From Octopus vulgaris (Eukaryota), in assembly GCA_951406725.2 (NCBI GenBank), contig OX597815.1, positions 121,396,001 to 121,460,000 on the forward strand: 64,000 bases of DNA, written 5' to 3'. The notes beneath the pieces are model-generated. The model worked only from the letters and a program-made list of their open reading frames with translations. It did not search any database and was not told the DNA's origin. Of this stretch, positions 47,690 to 61,681 are shown in pieces (position 1 is the stretch's first letter; the number at the start of each line of letters is the position of its first letter). Both the position numbers and the translations under genes were made by a program.

Positions 47690-49000
47690 TAACCCATAGC
47701 TGGGACGCTGACAGGTGTAGACCTGGAAACAATAGTGGCTAAGAGGTGGTATCGTACTCCTCAAAACCCTAGAACACCTGAATCAGAAATCCTTCGCGAT
47801 CCAGGAACAGGAGGTGGCTACTAAATAATTGATAAACAAGAGGGAGAAAGATACCACCAAACCTCCATGTTGTGATTTTAAAAAATGTCGGCTCTGCTAT
47901 ACCAGTGCGGAAGACATCATCCACATCATCAGCAGCTGCTCCAAAATGTCTACAAGATATTACCAGTCCTGAAACAGGATATTGACGCAAGCATATTCAC
48001 AGTTTGGCTCTTTACCATTGAGTACCCACGTTTTGGCTCATCACCATTGTTTTCTGCAAGCGGTCACACGACCATACCCATTCGTGTTGATTGTTTGCTT
48101 TAAGTCATCCAATCAGACTACTTGCCAAACCAGGAAAGTGTGGTCCTTTTTGAGCCTACACTTAGCTATTTAAGGATGCCTGTTCCCGCTATTTTCTTCA
48201 GTGAGGCGGGTTGAACGATGGAGTTTAGATTTTCGGCAAAGAGCAAGCTTTATTCCGCTACGCATTGCCAGAGAGAAGAGAAGAGAACCGTCAGCAGAGA
48301 TTTTTGTTGCCGTGTTTTGTGTTTTTCCCGCGCACATGTTCAAGCTGCACGAGGAACCAATCTATTTTTAGCAACAAAATTATTCATATTGTACCTGTTT
48401 GCTGAATCTTCTATAACCTGTCTTCGTATTTCTTCATGCTCTTTATCAAGACTCGTTTGAAACCAGAAGATTATAAATATTATCAGGGCCTTAGCCATAC
48501 GTCAACTTTTTACTTCGCTAAAATATGATTGCAAAAAATATTTACAATGCCATCGGCTAGAAGAACTGCCTTGACGTGTACATCAAAGATATGTCAGAAC
48601 CATCAGGTATTCACACCTTTGAAAACAAGAAATACTGGTGGAACACCCCAATAAAAATATCAACTTGATGCAAGCAAAACAGACCTGATATTGTTCTGTG
48701 GGACAGGGAACAAAATTTATACCCTGATGTACAGGCCAGCTTCCAGCGGGTGTGATCGTACAATCAAAAGTCCAGGAAAAAGAGAACATTTAAGGTGAAT
48801 TAATGCGGAACTTACAGCTCTTGTAGCCTGACTATGAATTCTCATTTGTACCTATCGTCATAGGTTCATTAGATTATGTACCAACGAATTTGCACAAAAA
48901 CTTAGAAATACTGGGTTTCACGGAGAAAGGGGAAAAGAACCTGGAGCGGATTCTCCAAATCTATTAGTGGCACAGTAAGACACTCCCAAAATTCTCCATC
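47690..49000 (+). pseudogene. R4/Dong-like non-LTR element C-terminus (CCHC knuckle and restriction-like endonuclease), interrupted
   Basis: FAIQEQEVAT, CRLC...EDIIHIISSC, YWWNTPI, NRPDIVLWD, KENI*GEL, VPIVIGSL. Confidence 0.8.
47983..48522 (+). mobile_element. Solo LTR (family of 41771-43055)
   Basis: TGACGC...GCTAAA, 4 bp TSD ATAT; removing it restores the LKQDMIAK frame of the host LINE. Confidence 0.75.
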
Positions 49001-49042
49001 TGAGATTTTCATGTGATATCGATGCACACACTAAGGTGTATG

Positions 49043-49448
49043 CAGCGCTGGATTAACCTTTAAGCAAAATAAGCACGTGCTTAGGGCATCAAAAGAAGGA
49101 AGTGGGGCACCACAGAAATGGTAAATTGTTTACAGGACAAAAGAAATTACTTTAAACTTGCTAAAATAATATTCGGGATGCCTTTATCTCTACTAAATAT
49201 AGATGCAGATGTGTTAGCTACGATTAATTTTGAGGATCTGATCAAAGACTTTGCAATTCTAAAAAGTAGGAGGAAACTTTTCAAATATAAATAAAGTGGA
49301 AGTATAGAAAAATAAACATTATTTTCCCTCTTACTGTTTTGTTTCGTTTTGAAAAGAAAAAAATTATTTTATAGTTAGTTATTGTTTATATTTTGAATTA
49401 CATAATCTTTTATGGGGTCACCAAAATCTATGTCTTAATCCGGCCCTG
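49043..49448 (+). mobile_element. Non-autonomous hAT element
   Basis: TIRs CAGCGCTGGATTAA / TTAATCCGGCCCTG, 8 bp TSD GGT(G/T)TATG, C-terminal remnant LSLLNIDADVLATINFEDLIKDFAILKSRRK. Confidence 0.85.
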
Positions 49449-49565
49449 GGTTTATGCATCGACAGATCAACCAACACTCCAACTCAACCGCATATTTACA
49501 AACAGCGGAACTCTCTCAACTCAAAAAGTCTTGTCGCTTTGTGAGTGACCCGTTTGAACTCTACA

Positions 49566-49643
<78 letters not shown>

Positions 49644-49753
49644 TACATACATACATACATACATACATACATACATACATAAAGCTAACTAGATAGATAA
49701 ATAGACAAATGTTCACAGTGAAAAATTCCATTTCATATGCCGCAAGTATTTAT

Positions 49754-49784
<31 letters not shown>

Positions 49785-50086
49785 ATACATAAATACACAC
49801 ACGCATACACACGTACGTAGGTACGTATTTATGTATGGATGTGTGTGTCGAGATTATAGTTTTTCAACTTGTTAAATACTTTGATCTTTGCTAAAATGCC
49901 GAGAATCAGCCTTTTGGCTAAGAAGAAAGTGTAGCTTTTGAAATTCTTAACATTTATCCGAGTTTCCGTAAAAAGCGAAATTACAGACCGTATCTCAAAA
50001 TTAGTGGTTATACTTTACAATTCTCGTAAATCCTGTAATCTGAGAGAGCCGTAACACGAGGAAGCATGCATGCATGTATCTCTCTT

Positions 50087-50140
<54 letters not shown>

Positions 50141-50168
50141 TACATACATACATACATACATACATACA

Positions 50169-50204
<36 letters not shown>

Positions 50205-50206
50205 TA

Positions 50207-50513
50207 TGGGGGGGAAGCAGTTGCCAGCAACCGTGGAGATTGGCGACGTACCGTAAAAGAGGGAATACAAAGGAGTGACAGAGAGAGAGATGAGAAATGG
50301 AATGACAAGAAAGGACGTCAACAAGAAACTATGACATTGCAACCAGCCAGGAACAGTCTTCGCTACATTTGCGGCACCTGCCAGAGGGAGTGTTTGTCCA
50401 GGATAGGACTACACATCCACAGCAGGAAATGTATTAGGACATGAAATGTAAAAGCCGGACTAGATTATTTTATGCGCAACTCCATTGTCTCCCGAGACAA
50501 AAAGGATGCCAAC
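50207..50513 (+). mobile_element. 3' end of an RTE LINE
   Basis: EAVASNRGDWRRTVKEG...YICGTCQRECLSRIGLHIHSRKC*; tail CCATTGTCTCCCGAGACAAAAAGGATGCC. Confidence 0.85.
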
Positions 50514-50559
50514 ATATATATATATATGTGGCGACTACGGCACTGATATATATATATAT

Positions 50560-51790
50560 CAGTGGCGACTCCGGTACTCGGGCTGTTCGAGCTTAACCCA
50601 AGTATAGATTTGGTAAAGTGAACGTGTATTTGCAAGCTGATTTAATTTCTGCCAACATCGACTTCAAGTGTGTAATTGTAACCAATAAGTGGGGCTCCTT
50701 CTACGGAGCCTAATCGTAGTTCATTTATTTTCATTCAGCGTCTGGTGATCGTCTTAGATGTACCCAGTTGCAAAAAATATCATTCATTGTAGATGTTCTT
50801 TCGACATCGTTCACACGCACCTGACTCGGGCTCGGAAGTTACAGCCCTAATTCTTATCTATAATCGTAAAAATTAAAAGTAATTCAAATTCAATGTTTTC
50901 TTCAAACGATAAATTTCTCCTGGGGTTACGATTTAAATTCTAATCTATGAAAAGTTTCTGTTCTATAACATTCTTAAGAAAACGACAAATTATCCAGCAA
51001 CTCGAGCTAATACGAACGAGCCTGATAGATGTAAAAGACTAACTGGCATTTCTTGTCAAGAGTTCAGGCGACAGTTAGATTGCTGATGTTCGTTGTGCAC
51101 TCAGCTGTCACTATTTGGTTGCTGTTATTCTGTGCACCTGTGTGTAAAGATCAGTTGTGTTTTGCAGGGCTGCTTTATGTTTACCCGTAACGTAGAAAAA
51201 GAGGACATAGTGATAAATGTAAAAAAATAAGCCATTTGGAGCTAGAAATATCGCGAAAAAAAATCTTTCAGCAGGCACACCGACTCCTTCATTGAAAGCT
51301 AAAGTTGGAACTCGAACATTCCAGATGAAATGGTATGGACAAATTGATTGGCTTTGTGAAAGTTTACTGCTGGCCATGTTTGTTGTTTCAACCAAAAGCT
51401 AATCAGTCGTAGAGAGATGGAAGCGTTAATAATTATAAAAACATCCTGAGTGACTGTAAACATCACAGTAAAACAGTGAGTCGTCTAAGTAGTTATAAAA
51501 GCTTGAAAACTTTCGGACTGTACGGTATTGTGACAGCTATTAGTGAATCTGCCAAACTGGAAAAAGAACGGCATAACAAAGCAATTGAAGAAAATAAGCA
51601 ATATCTAAAGCAATTAACAAACGCAGTGTTATACCTGTGAAAACAAGAGTTGCCTTTAAGTGAACATGATGAAGGAAGTGACATCTTTAATAGAAGAAAT
51701 TACCATGTACTATTGCAGTTCGACAGCGTGTTTGCTTCAAGACTAGAGAGGAGTCGAAATAGTTTTCAGAAGTCTCAAACACAATATGAA
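50560..51790 (+). mobile_element. 5' fragment of a hAT element (ZMYM1/DUF4371-type transposase)
   Basis: Terminus CAGTGG; 50848-51045 is the reverse complement of 58312-58510; KQELPLSEHDEGSDIFNRRNY. Confidence 0.75.
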
Positions 51791-52298
51791 ATTACCTAAT
51801 ACAAGCTTCAGAAAATTTACAGCTGCTGTTTTAATATTGTGTAAAAGATAACAAACATATGAAAATAATATTTATACATAAACTTGATTGGTTCGCGTCT
51901 TAGCCACTGCCGAGTACTGTGTTTAATTTGTTCACTTAACACTGCCGCGAATTCCCCCTTGTTTTTCAAAAATCCCCTCCAAATCACAAAATAAGTGGGG
52001 AAAATCTGCCCTATTTTTCAAACAACACCGAAGCTGGAAGCAGGATAACAATCTAATTCTACACTTTATCCCATTGAAGAATATAAACACGTTTAAGCAC
52101 AACACGCGGAGTCAAAAAGAAACACTACCTTTCACAAGCATTGCGTGAACGACAATGCTGTCTCTCCCAAGCATTAAGCTTCCTATCTCGGACATGTGAG
52201 CATGCGCACAACAGCCAAACACCGCATCGCTGGAACTGTGAAGCGCACAGTTTTAGACAAGGATTCTTGTATTTTTTTCATTTATATATATATATAAA

Positions 52299-52352
<54 letters not shown>

Positions 52353-52539
52353 TTGAATAAAGTTAAAACATGGACTGGTTTTCACGGTTTTTATTATGGT
52401 ATTTTCACATTGAAAAAATATTTTGTAATGCTCATAAAGTTAAATTAGCGTTTTCATGCATAGTGTAATCATCAGATTTCAAATGTGTTTAACTGACAGA
52501 TGAGTTCTTGACGACTTTAGTACCTCTTACAGACAAACA

Positions 52540-52562
52540 GATAGACAGGCAGGCAAGCAGGC

Positions 52563-52618
<56 letters not shown>

Positions 52619-52700
52619 GGATGGATGGATGGATGGATGGATGGATGGATGGATGGATGGATGGATGGATAGATAGATAGATAGATAGATAGATAGGCAG
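52540..52700. repeat. (GATA)n/(GATG)n microsatellite
   Basis: Directly visible. Confidence 0.95.
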
Positions 52701-52715
52701 GTATATATTTATGTA

Positions 52716-55133
52716 CCACATATACTCGACTATAAAACGTCTTGCGCCCCGACTTAAAGGTTCAAATCGGGAATTTTTATGATTGACCCGACTATAAGTC
52801 GCAGCGGCCTTTTTGATGTTGGAGAGCAAAGTTCGATTAGGAATCGCGCCGACATAGTTGTTATTCGGCAACCGAGCTTTCAGTAAGCTGAAGGTGATTT
52901 ACAACAACTGTTTGCCCATTAAGTCCATGCATTTTAGAAACCGTTACACTTTTACCCTTTTACTTGTTTCAGTCATTTGACTGTGGCCATGCTGGAGCAC
53001 TGCCTTTTAGTCGAGCAAATCGATCCAAGGACTTATTCTTTGTAAGCCTAGTGCTTATTCTATCGGTCGTTTTTGCCGAACCGCTAAGTTACGGGGACGT
53101 AAACACAGACACACAAACATATACACACACGCATACATACATACATACACCCCCCCCACACACACACATACATACGACAGGCTTCTTTCAGTTTCCGTCT
53201 ACCAATTCCACTCACAAGGTTTTGGTCGGCCCGAAGCCATAGTAGAAGACACTTTCCCAATGTGCCATGCAGTAGGACTGAACCCATAACCATGTGGTTC
53301 GTAAGCAAGCTACTTACCACGCAGTCACTCCTACGCCTATAATGTTCATAATTTTATCCTTGATTACGCTAGTTGACTTGTTTATTTTATTGCGACTAAC
53401 TGCCTCGATACTTTCCCTTTACTGTTTGCTTTATGTCTTTCATTATAAGGACATTTTTGCAGCAACTGACACACAAAACCATGCAGTCATACATGCTACG
53501 ATTGGAAAAAATACAATAAACTGTTTTAAATTGTAAGGAAGTGTATGATACATTGTGACAAAAACCGGAAGAATAAACGAAGGAAGAATCGAATTATACT
53601 AATCACCACTTTCATCGCCACTTTCACCATATAACTAGTAAAACTCCCCTATTGTGATGGTCTCGTTGTCTGATCTTCATTAACTGATGAAGCACTGGGC
53701 CTAACATTTCTTGCACGGGCGAAGCCATTATATAGTTCGTCGTCTTCCGTACCATCCATGGAATTTGAGATCCCACACTTCAAAACTGATTTAATCACAA
53801 ATTTACTCAGTATTTCAGCTCATGAATCTGACTTAAGGCAAGGGCGTTTAAAGTTCCCAGCTTTTGTCATTTTCTTGCCACCATTAATCATCCATTCATT
53901 CCACTTGGCATTCATGTTCACTTTAAAGGCTTGTTCACCGACACGTCGAGTGGCTAAAGTACAGATGTTCATCCACCTGGAATCACAGCTTTGTAGTCCC
54001 ATACAAGAAGCAATTTTGAATTAGGCATAGCCCCTGGGCGCTTGAAGCACACGTCGTTTAACTAGTTTATCAATGCGGTTTCATCCACCCACCCTTTCTC
54101 TTGAACATACACCACTGTGCTCTTCGGAAACTTCTCTTTTGAGAAAGTCTTTCTTTTGAAAACAATAGCCGAGGTAAGTTTCGTGCCGTCAGCCATACAA
54201 GCCAAAATTGCGGTGAAGTGGGCCTTGTCGCTCCCCGTAGTTTTTACTGCTGACTGTCCGAGTTTCAACTACATCGAAAAGAAAAAGGGGGTGTTTTGAC
54301 CATATTACAGATTGCTTCCAAGGCAAACTCGTGGCTCTTTCGTACGTCTATTACAGACCGATGGAAAGAATCAATTTTGCCCTCTACGTCGGCGGGTAAT
54401 TTCTGCGCGATATGAGCCCTCTGTCTCAGTGTAAGATTGTGGTGTTTCATAAACCTCGTACACCAACCAGGGGATGCTTTAAAGTCGGATATACCATGTT
54501 CTTTAGTAACTTGGGGAGCCCGCAATCTAACGATGTTTCTCGTGGCGACAAGTCCATTCGTGCGTAGTTCAGTCACCCAAACTCTCAAAATCGTCTCCAT
54601 CTCATTGGGACTCATTTCTATCCTAATTTTGTTTAATGATTTGATGTCAACGGATTTCTTTTTCTCTTCTTTCAAACGCCAATCTCCGACCATTTTTTCT
54701 GAGACCCTATATTCTCTTTCTGCAGCTCGATTCGAATGCGACTTCGCGTATTCAACAACTTTCAGCTTGAAAGTGATATCGTACGAATTCCTCTTACTCG
54801 TCATGTTAACAAATAACAGGGCGTCGAATTAAAAGAAAGACAGGTACGGTACAAGCATTAAACTCACTTTTTAAAAATTAATTGTTCATTTCCTACTAAC
54901 AAAAGTAAAAAAATATATAAAGAAATATCTAAAGATCGTCTTCCGTGTACGACTCGGCTTCGGAATTAGAGATTCGGATTTTTTCGGTTATTCCAAGTGT
55001 CGGAAATTCAGACGTGGCTTGTACCCAGAAAATATCTGAAGATACTTTTATAAGATGCGCTAATAAGTCGCACCTCCAACTTTAAATGAAAATTTCAGGA
55101 AAAAAAGTGCGATTTATAGCCGGGTATATACGG
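52716..55133 (-). mobile_element. pogo-superfamily transposon (POGK-like: Brinker DBD, CENP-B HTH, DDE), decayed
   Basis: ORF 54265-54804 (KRNSYDITFKLKVVEYA...NRAAERE...FKASPGWCTRFMK); KTTGSDKAHFTAILACMADGTKL; KWNEWM...TKAGNFKRP; TIRs CCACATATACTCGACTATAA / TTATAGCCGGGTATATACGG. Confidence 0.9.
52949..53338 (-). mobile_element. SINE family S1 nested in the pogo element
   Basis: Reverse complement of 21884-22355. Confidence 0.9.
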
Positions 55134-56329
55134 CTTGTATTTGTGTGTGTATGTGTGTGTGGGGTGGTGGTGGATGGGGATGGGTGCGCGTGCAAACGTA
55201 AAACATTTTGATTTCTGTAAAATAAATTTGACATTAGTGTATCAAAAATAAACGCATCATTCTTAAATCTATATCTGGAGACCGTAATTTACAATTTGTA
55301 TATATTTTTCATCACTAGATTATTCTACTTTGCTAATCTCTGTAATCACTTGCATTACTTAACTTGTCAATTACAATATTAATTGAGTGCGTTCAACATG
55401 ATAGATAAACAATCTTCGGCTCTGTAGACACGTAAAACTTATATTGGTATAAAATGCATAGTTACATTGCTAACTTTAGAAATAAAGTGAAAACGCATGT
55501 ACGTGTGTGTGTATGGACGTTTGTGTAAGCGCGTGTATATGTGTGTAAATATATATGTGTATGTGATATATATCATAAATATACGCATACATATGTGCAT
55601 ACATTTTTATCTATTTATCTATCCATCAACCCCTACCATTTTCTACATATATATATAGATGCATGTACGTATGCATGTTCATACATATATATCACACATC
55701 CATCCATCCATCCATCCATACATACATACATACATACATACATACATACATACATACATACATACATACATACATACATACATACATACATACATGTAAG
55801 CACTTTAAATTATAATTAACCGAAGAAAGATTTCTATACACGATGTAGAGTTTATTATCAATTTCAGGTTAGTGACAGTGACTCCGAAATCATTACTATC
55901 TTTTTAGTATATGTTGCGTCTGTCGATATGCTTCCGTGAAAGGAGGACAAACAGTATGAACTCCTTTTGAATCACCCCTCCCCTCTCTTCTGAGGATGGT
56001 GTGTTTTTGTATTCTGTGCCCCTTACGATGACGAAGATAGGCTCTAGTATGGTCAAAACAAAACCTTCATTTCCAGGACAAAGACAGTGCTTCAATGGAA
56101 GACGCAACTGCACAGGTGAACTTACTCACATCTGCAACTGGTTCTGCCTATACTGCTCGCTCCGTGTGCCCTAATCGTGGTATTTCATTTTCAGAGAAGC
56201 ACATGCTATTCCAGTTAAAAGGTCTACTGTTTTCTGGAAACTTTGAATAGTCGAGTCTTGATTAGAGCTCGGAAAAGAGAAACAGAAAAAATAAATGAAA
56301 AGCTGGAGCGCAAAAGTATACCTACATCA

Positions 56330-56447
56330 AATATTTTTTCCTATTCTAGGCACAAGACCCGAAATTTTGGTGGGAGAGGGCCAGTCAATTAAATCAACCA
56401 CAGAACGCAACTAGTACTTGATTTATCGATCCTGAAAGGATGACAGG
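56330..56447 (-). mobile_element. 3' fragment of SINE family S2
   Basis: TTCTAGGCACAAGACCCGAAATTTT...TTTATCGATCCTGAAAGGATGA. Confidence 0.7.
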
Positions 56448-56449
56448 GA

Positions 56450-58522
56450 GACTTATATGTGCACTGATAATTTAACAATAAGACAGAAATATTACTCACT
56501 TCATTTATACATGAACCCCAGACGTCTTGGTTTGATGGCGAACTCTAGCAACCTGTCATGCAGCTCCTTCTTTCTTGTTCTCCTAGTCGTTCAAAATACT
56601 TTTCTCAACGGAAATACGAGCCAGTGAAGACAGCCTTTCTTGGGCCATTGTGCCTCTCAGATATATGAGAATTCTATCCAACGTTGAGAAACTTCTCTTA
56701 TTTGTGACTGATGATAAGGGGATGGTCAGCACTAACTTAATTAGTTGAATGGATTCCTATATAGCGGAAGTCAAGTTCATTTTTATACAGTAATTCTAAA
56801 ATGGAGTTGATTGATTTACACTTTTTGAAATCATTGTCATCAATATGCATATATTTTTAGCTCGTTCACTAAGCTCTTACAGTCAAAAATACAGGGATAC
56901 TTGTTTTCTAGAGAGTCCATATGTTGCATAGGAAATGAGTCAGCAAACTCCTTCAACATATTAACGTCTAGTAATTCAGAAAAATGCATATGTCAGAAAA
57001 TCTCTCTCGTAAGGACATTAGAATGTAATCGATTATTTCAAAATAGGTAGTTTTGTAATTGATATGTGCATCTCTGACTATTTTTCTAGGCAGAGGTCCG
57101 GACTCTTCTGCCTGTTCAATGACAACAGCTGTATCGCGCAGAATATTTTCCTAATGTTCGTCCTCACGATAACCTTCAACACAGTGAATGAAGACATTTA
57201 ATTTACTCTAACCATGCTTTATGTCGACTAGCTTACACTGTAGGATATCAAAGACTTTTCCTGTCTGAGCGAGTATGTTATGAAAGCAATTGATGAAAAA
57301 TATGGATGTGAAATCATTCAACTTTTACGGATGATACAGTTCTTGATCTATAGCACCATCTTGTTTCTCACAGCGATGAAATACTGACATTAAACTGCCT
57401 GAAAACGCTTTCCGCTTGGTACTGGAAGAAGTAAATTTACTAAATGCGCTTAAAGAGAAAAAACAAAACATTTTTACTGCACTCACCTTCTCGGCACATT
57501 TACTCAAGATTGAGTTAAGTTTATGCGCAAAGTAATGAATGAAGTTCGCGTGTTTAAATCCTTTATCCCTTAGCTTGCTCTGTACTCCGTTTAGCGTTCC
57601 TGTCATTACAGCTGCTCCGTCGTAAGTCTGGCTCATTAATTTATCTGTAGCGTCACTGAAGGGGTTCGAAAACAGTTGCGATCACATCAGCCAGTCTTGT
57701 AGCACTTTTATCATCACTGGCTTCATAGAATCCAAGAAATCGTTCATATGTTTTGCCTTTATATACATATCTTATTGTGATAGACAGTTGGGCATGCATT
57801 GCACAGGCTGTAGTTTCTTCGGCTTGTACAGACATAAATGGAGCTTTATCAACTGAGGTTCTAATTTCATCAGAGATGACATTTCCAATCGCTTGTATTA
57901 GGTTATTTTATATTGTGCTTGAGACTCCTGAAAACTGTTTCGACCCCTCTCTTGTCTAGAAGCAAACACGCTGTCGGTTTCAGCAAAGCGCTGCAATAGT
58001 TCCTGGCAATTTCTTCTATTAAGGCTGTTACTTCCTTCATCATGTCCACAGCTTTGACACTGCATTTGTTAACTGCTTTAAATAATATAAACTTTAGGTT
58101 TCAATGACGGAGTTGGTATGCCTGCTCGAAAAATTTCACGTTTTTCTGCAATATTTCTAGCCCCAGGTGGTATATTATTTTTTTCTATCTAGCACTATGT
58201 CTTTCACAATTTCTGCATTAAGGGTAAAAATAAAACAACTCTGCTAAACGCAACTCATCTTTATACACAGATGCACGCAATAACAGCAATCAAATTACAA
58301 CTGTGGAGATACTAGTTAGTCTTTTACACCTACCAGGCTCGTTCGTATTCGCCCGAGTTGCTGGATAATTTTTCGTTCTTTTAAGAATATTGTAGAACAG
58401 AAACTTTGCATAGATTGGAATTTAAATCATAATCTCTATAGAAATTTATTGTTTGAAGGAAACATTGAATTTGAATTACTTTTAATTTTTACGATTATAG
58501 ATAAGAATTAGAACTACCACTG
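56450..58522 (-). mobile_element. Decayed hAT transposon (ZMYM1/DUF4371-type)
   Basis: GHDEGSNSLNRRN, FMSVQAEETT...QLSITIRYV...ERFLGF, QTYDGAAVM...IHYFAHKLN, LTIPLSSVTNKRSFSTL...TMAQERLSSLA; terminus CAGTGG. Confidence 0.9.
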
Positions 58523-58618
58523 AAGTCATTCTTTCCCTTTTTCAAATACACCTAATTGAACCAAGGTCTCACACATTTTCCAGTATATATATACATATGT
58601 GTGTGTGTATATATCGGA

Positions 58619-59909
58619 TCATTAGTATATATATTTAAAAGAAAAGGTGTTTCTCTGTGTGTTCTGTTACGCATGCCCAGTGGTACACATTAACTGGTTA
58701 TAACGTTTTCCACAGTGTCCACAGGTGGACACTGTGGACAACCTTACGACCGCTGTTTTTTTCCGATCTGCACATAAACTACCAAAACCTGAACTGGCTG
58801 TGCGAAAGTGCCATATTAGCTCCCAAAAACACATTTGTTGCGAAACTCAATGAAGACCTACTGCGAAGCCTTCCTGGAAACCTTCACACCTACAAGTCTG
58901 TGGACACTGTTGTGGACCAAGAAGAGGCCGTTTATTTTCCCACAGAATTCCTCAATTCCTTGGACCCCCTCCGGACTACCGCCTCATCAGCTGCACCTCA
59001 GAATTGGGGCTCTGGTCATGCCGCTGAGTAACCTGGAGCCACCACGTCTGTGCAACAGAACGTGGTTAGTGGTAAAAGAATGCGCTGCCTCATATTATTG
59101 AAGCAACAATTCTTACGGGTTGCGGCATCGGAGACGTCTTTATACTCAGGATACCTCGTACTCTATCAGCGAAGCAATGCCCCTGTCTCTTGCGTCGACT
59201 TCAGTTCCATGTCCATCAACAAGTCCCAAGGCCAAACACTAACATCGACAAGCTTCCATTTAGGCCAACCATGCTTCTCGCACGGCCAATTATACGTCGG
59301 ATGTTCAAGAGTCCGATAACAAAAACAAAAAAAAAAACCTTTTCGTGTTTGCCCCGAAAGCCAAAACGGAAAATGTCGTCTACCATGAGGTACTGTAGGC
59401 CGTCCAACATGACACAGCTTCCCTGCCGAACCGGTTTATGGTGAGTGAGTACTATTGTTGCCATTCTTTCAAAATTACCTGTTTTTCTTAAGTCTTTTTT
59501 TTTTATTTTGTCCTGTACAGCTTCTCAATCTCCTTGCAGATGACTTGAGTTTTGGCATCACTGCACCCACTGCTTTTCATGTGAACGAAAAAGGACGCTT
59601 ATACCTGTGAACAGTTTACAATCCTTTTCAGGGCTATTGTGAGAACGATAACACGGCCCTTTTCAGGGTCACTTTACATTCAATTGTTGCACTCCCTGTG
59701 AATCTCTTGTAGCCTCTCCAAGGCTTTTTACCTTGTTGTTACTACTTTATTTATGGTCTATGGGAAAAATCACTTCGTTCTCAATGTCAATGTTTGTAAC
59801 TTAACGCAAAAAATATTCAAAGAGATGTACAACAAAAAAAAAATGGTAGAACCTATTAAGACCCTTGCTGAGTATTTAATAGCCGAGCAATGCCGGGTAC
59901 TGCTGCTAG
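58619..59909 (+). mobile_element. Internally deleted Helitron with PIF1-like helicase remnant
   Basis: AILAPKN...FPTEFLNSL, GLPPHQL, LCNRT, SINKSQGQTL, FSHGQLYVGCSRV; 3' hairpin CCGAGCAATGCCGG and CTAG|T; 5' boundary approximate. Confidence 0.85.
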
Positions 59910-59998
59910 TTAGTAATATATTTATGTATTTCATCCACAAAATCCTGGGTTACTATATTTCACAAGGGTTTTTGTGGTTTCTTTACATTATATGTGTG

Positions 59999-60030
<32 letters not shown>

Positions 60031-60054
60031 TGTATGTATGTATGTATGTATGTA

Positions 60055-60179
<125 letters not shown>

Positions 60180-60439
60180 AGCAATTGCAGCTTCGAAGGA
60201 AAACAAAAAAAAACCGTTAGATTCACTTCAAATATTTTGACACAAATTAAGTTTAAATGTTGAAGTGAATCTAACGGTTTTTTGCGTGTTCTTAAATGGC
60301 TTACAATCATCTTACGCGCTGCAATTGTTTTTGTTTCAGCACACGATCTGAGATCAAGTTACTTGCTGTGCAAGTTCAACTCCGTAATTTAATTTTCATT
60401 TGTGTCAGAATATTCGTTGCTCGACCGGTATTACAGACG

Positions 60440-61530
60440 AACTTTATTCGGGACAGACCAGATTTAACTGACAGAATATTTCATATGAAACTTAGGGATC
60501 GCTTACATGATAATGTTTTGGGAGAGGTTGCAGGGTACATGTGGACTATAGAATTTCAAAAAAGTGGACAACCCCATTGTTATATGTTGCTCATATTGAA
60601 AAAAGATCCAGAACATTTTGATAAGTTTGTTTATGCAGAACTTCCAAATCCACAAACACAACCAATTCTGTTTGAACATGTCACCAAAATCATGCTATTT
60701 GGTCCATGTGGAAGAGATAAACACAATGCAACATGTATGGTGGATGGGAAATATAAAAAACATTTCCCAAGAGACTTTCAGGAAATATTTTACACAGTTA
60801 TAATGGCTATCCATTTTACCCAGGTCGAAAGAATTGTTTTACATTTGCAAAGTCTAATGTTGAATTAGATAATTGTTCAGTAGTACCATATTCCCCCTTC
60901 TTTTTAGTTAAATATGGAGGTCATTGTAATGTAGAGATATGTGCATCTATAAAATCAGTTAAATATATTAGCATATATATTCATAAAGGTCATGATCGGG
61001 TGACAATCAATATTAGCGGACAAACCAATGCACAACAACACACAAAGATAAAATTGAAGATTATATTAACGGTCGTAATGTATCCTCACCAGAAGCAGTC
61101 CGGGGGATTTTAGGGTTCAAATTACATGGCTCATATCCTGCAGTCAAACAGCTTACAGTTCATTTACCCCAACAGCAATACATTTATTTTAATGACAATG
61201 ATGATATTGAACATGTTATCCACACACATGACAGGTCCACTCTCATGAATGGAAAGCGAGTTAACCGGGAATCACCAGCTAACTCATCTGCACATACATT
61301 ACTCTATACTGATTTCCTTGAATTTTACACATGAGATAATAATGAGAAAATGTGCCATCTCAGAAAAAGTAATACACACTCAATTGGGGGTATCAACTTT
61401 GTATCACTAAAGGAACAAGAGCAATTCTGCGAGCTTTGCTATATAATATTCCTGGAGCTACATCATTGGAGGCTGCAATGAAACTGGGTTTAGCACACGA
61501 TGACCGTGAATACTATCGGACAATGGAGTT
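60440..61530 (+). pseudogene. Helitron Rep (HUH) domain remnant
   Basis: DRPDLTDRIF, TIEFQKSGQPHCYMLL, AELPNP, GPCG; next frame GHCNVEICASIKSVKYISIYIHKGHDR. Confidence 0.9.
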
Positions 61531-61681
61531 TGCAAATATTTCAGCTTATATATATATATATATATACAAAAAGCAATAAAGATTCAAGTTAATTTAAATG
61601 AATTTACTTGAATATGGTACCTAACTTAGATGCACCCAAAAAAAACTATACTGATTTAACAATACAGTAATGTGGGGTGAT

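Noticed and set aside
55870-56330. More GC-balanced stretch as a host exon (likewise 40560-40890)
   Set aside because: No recognisable protein in any frame and no convincing splice context.
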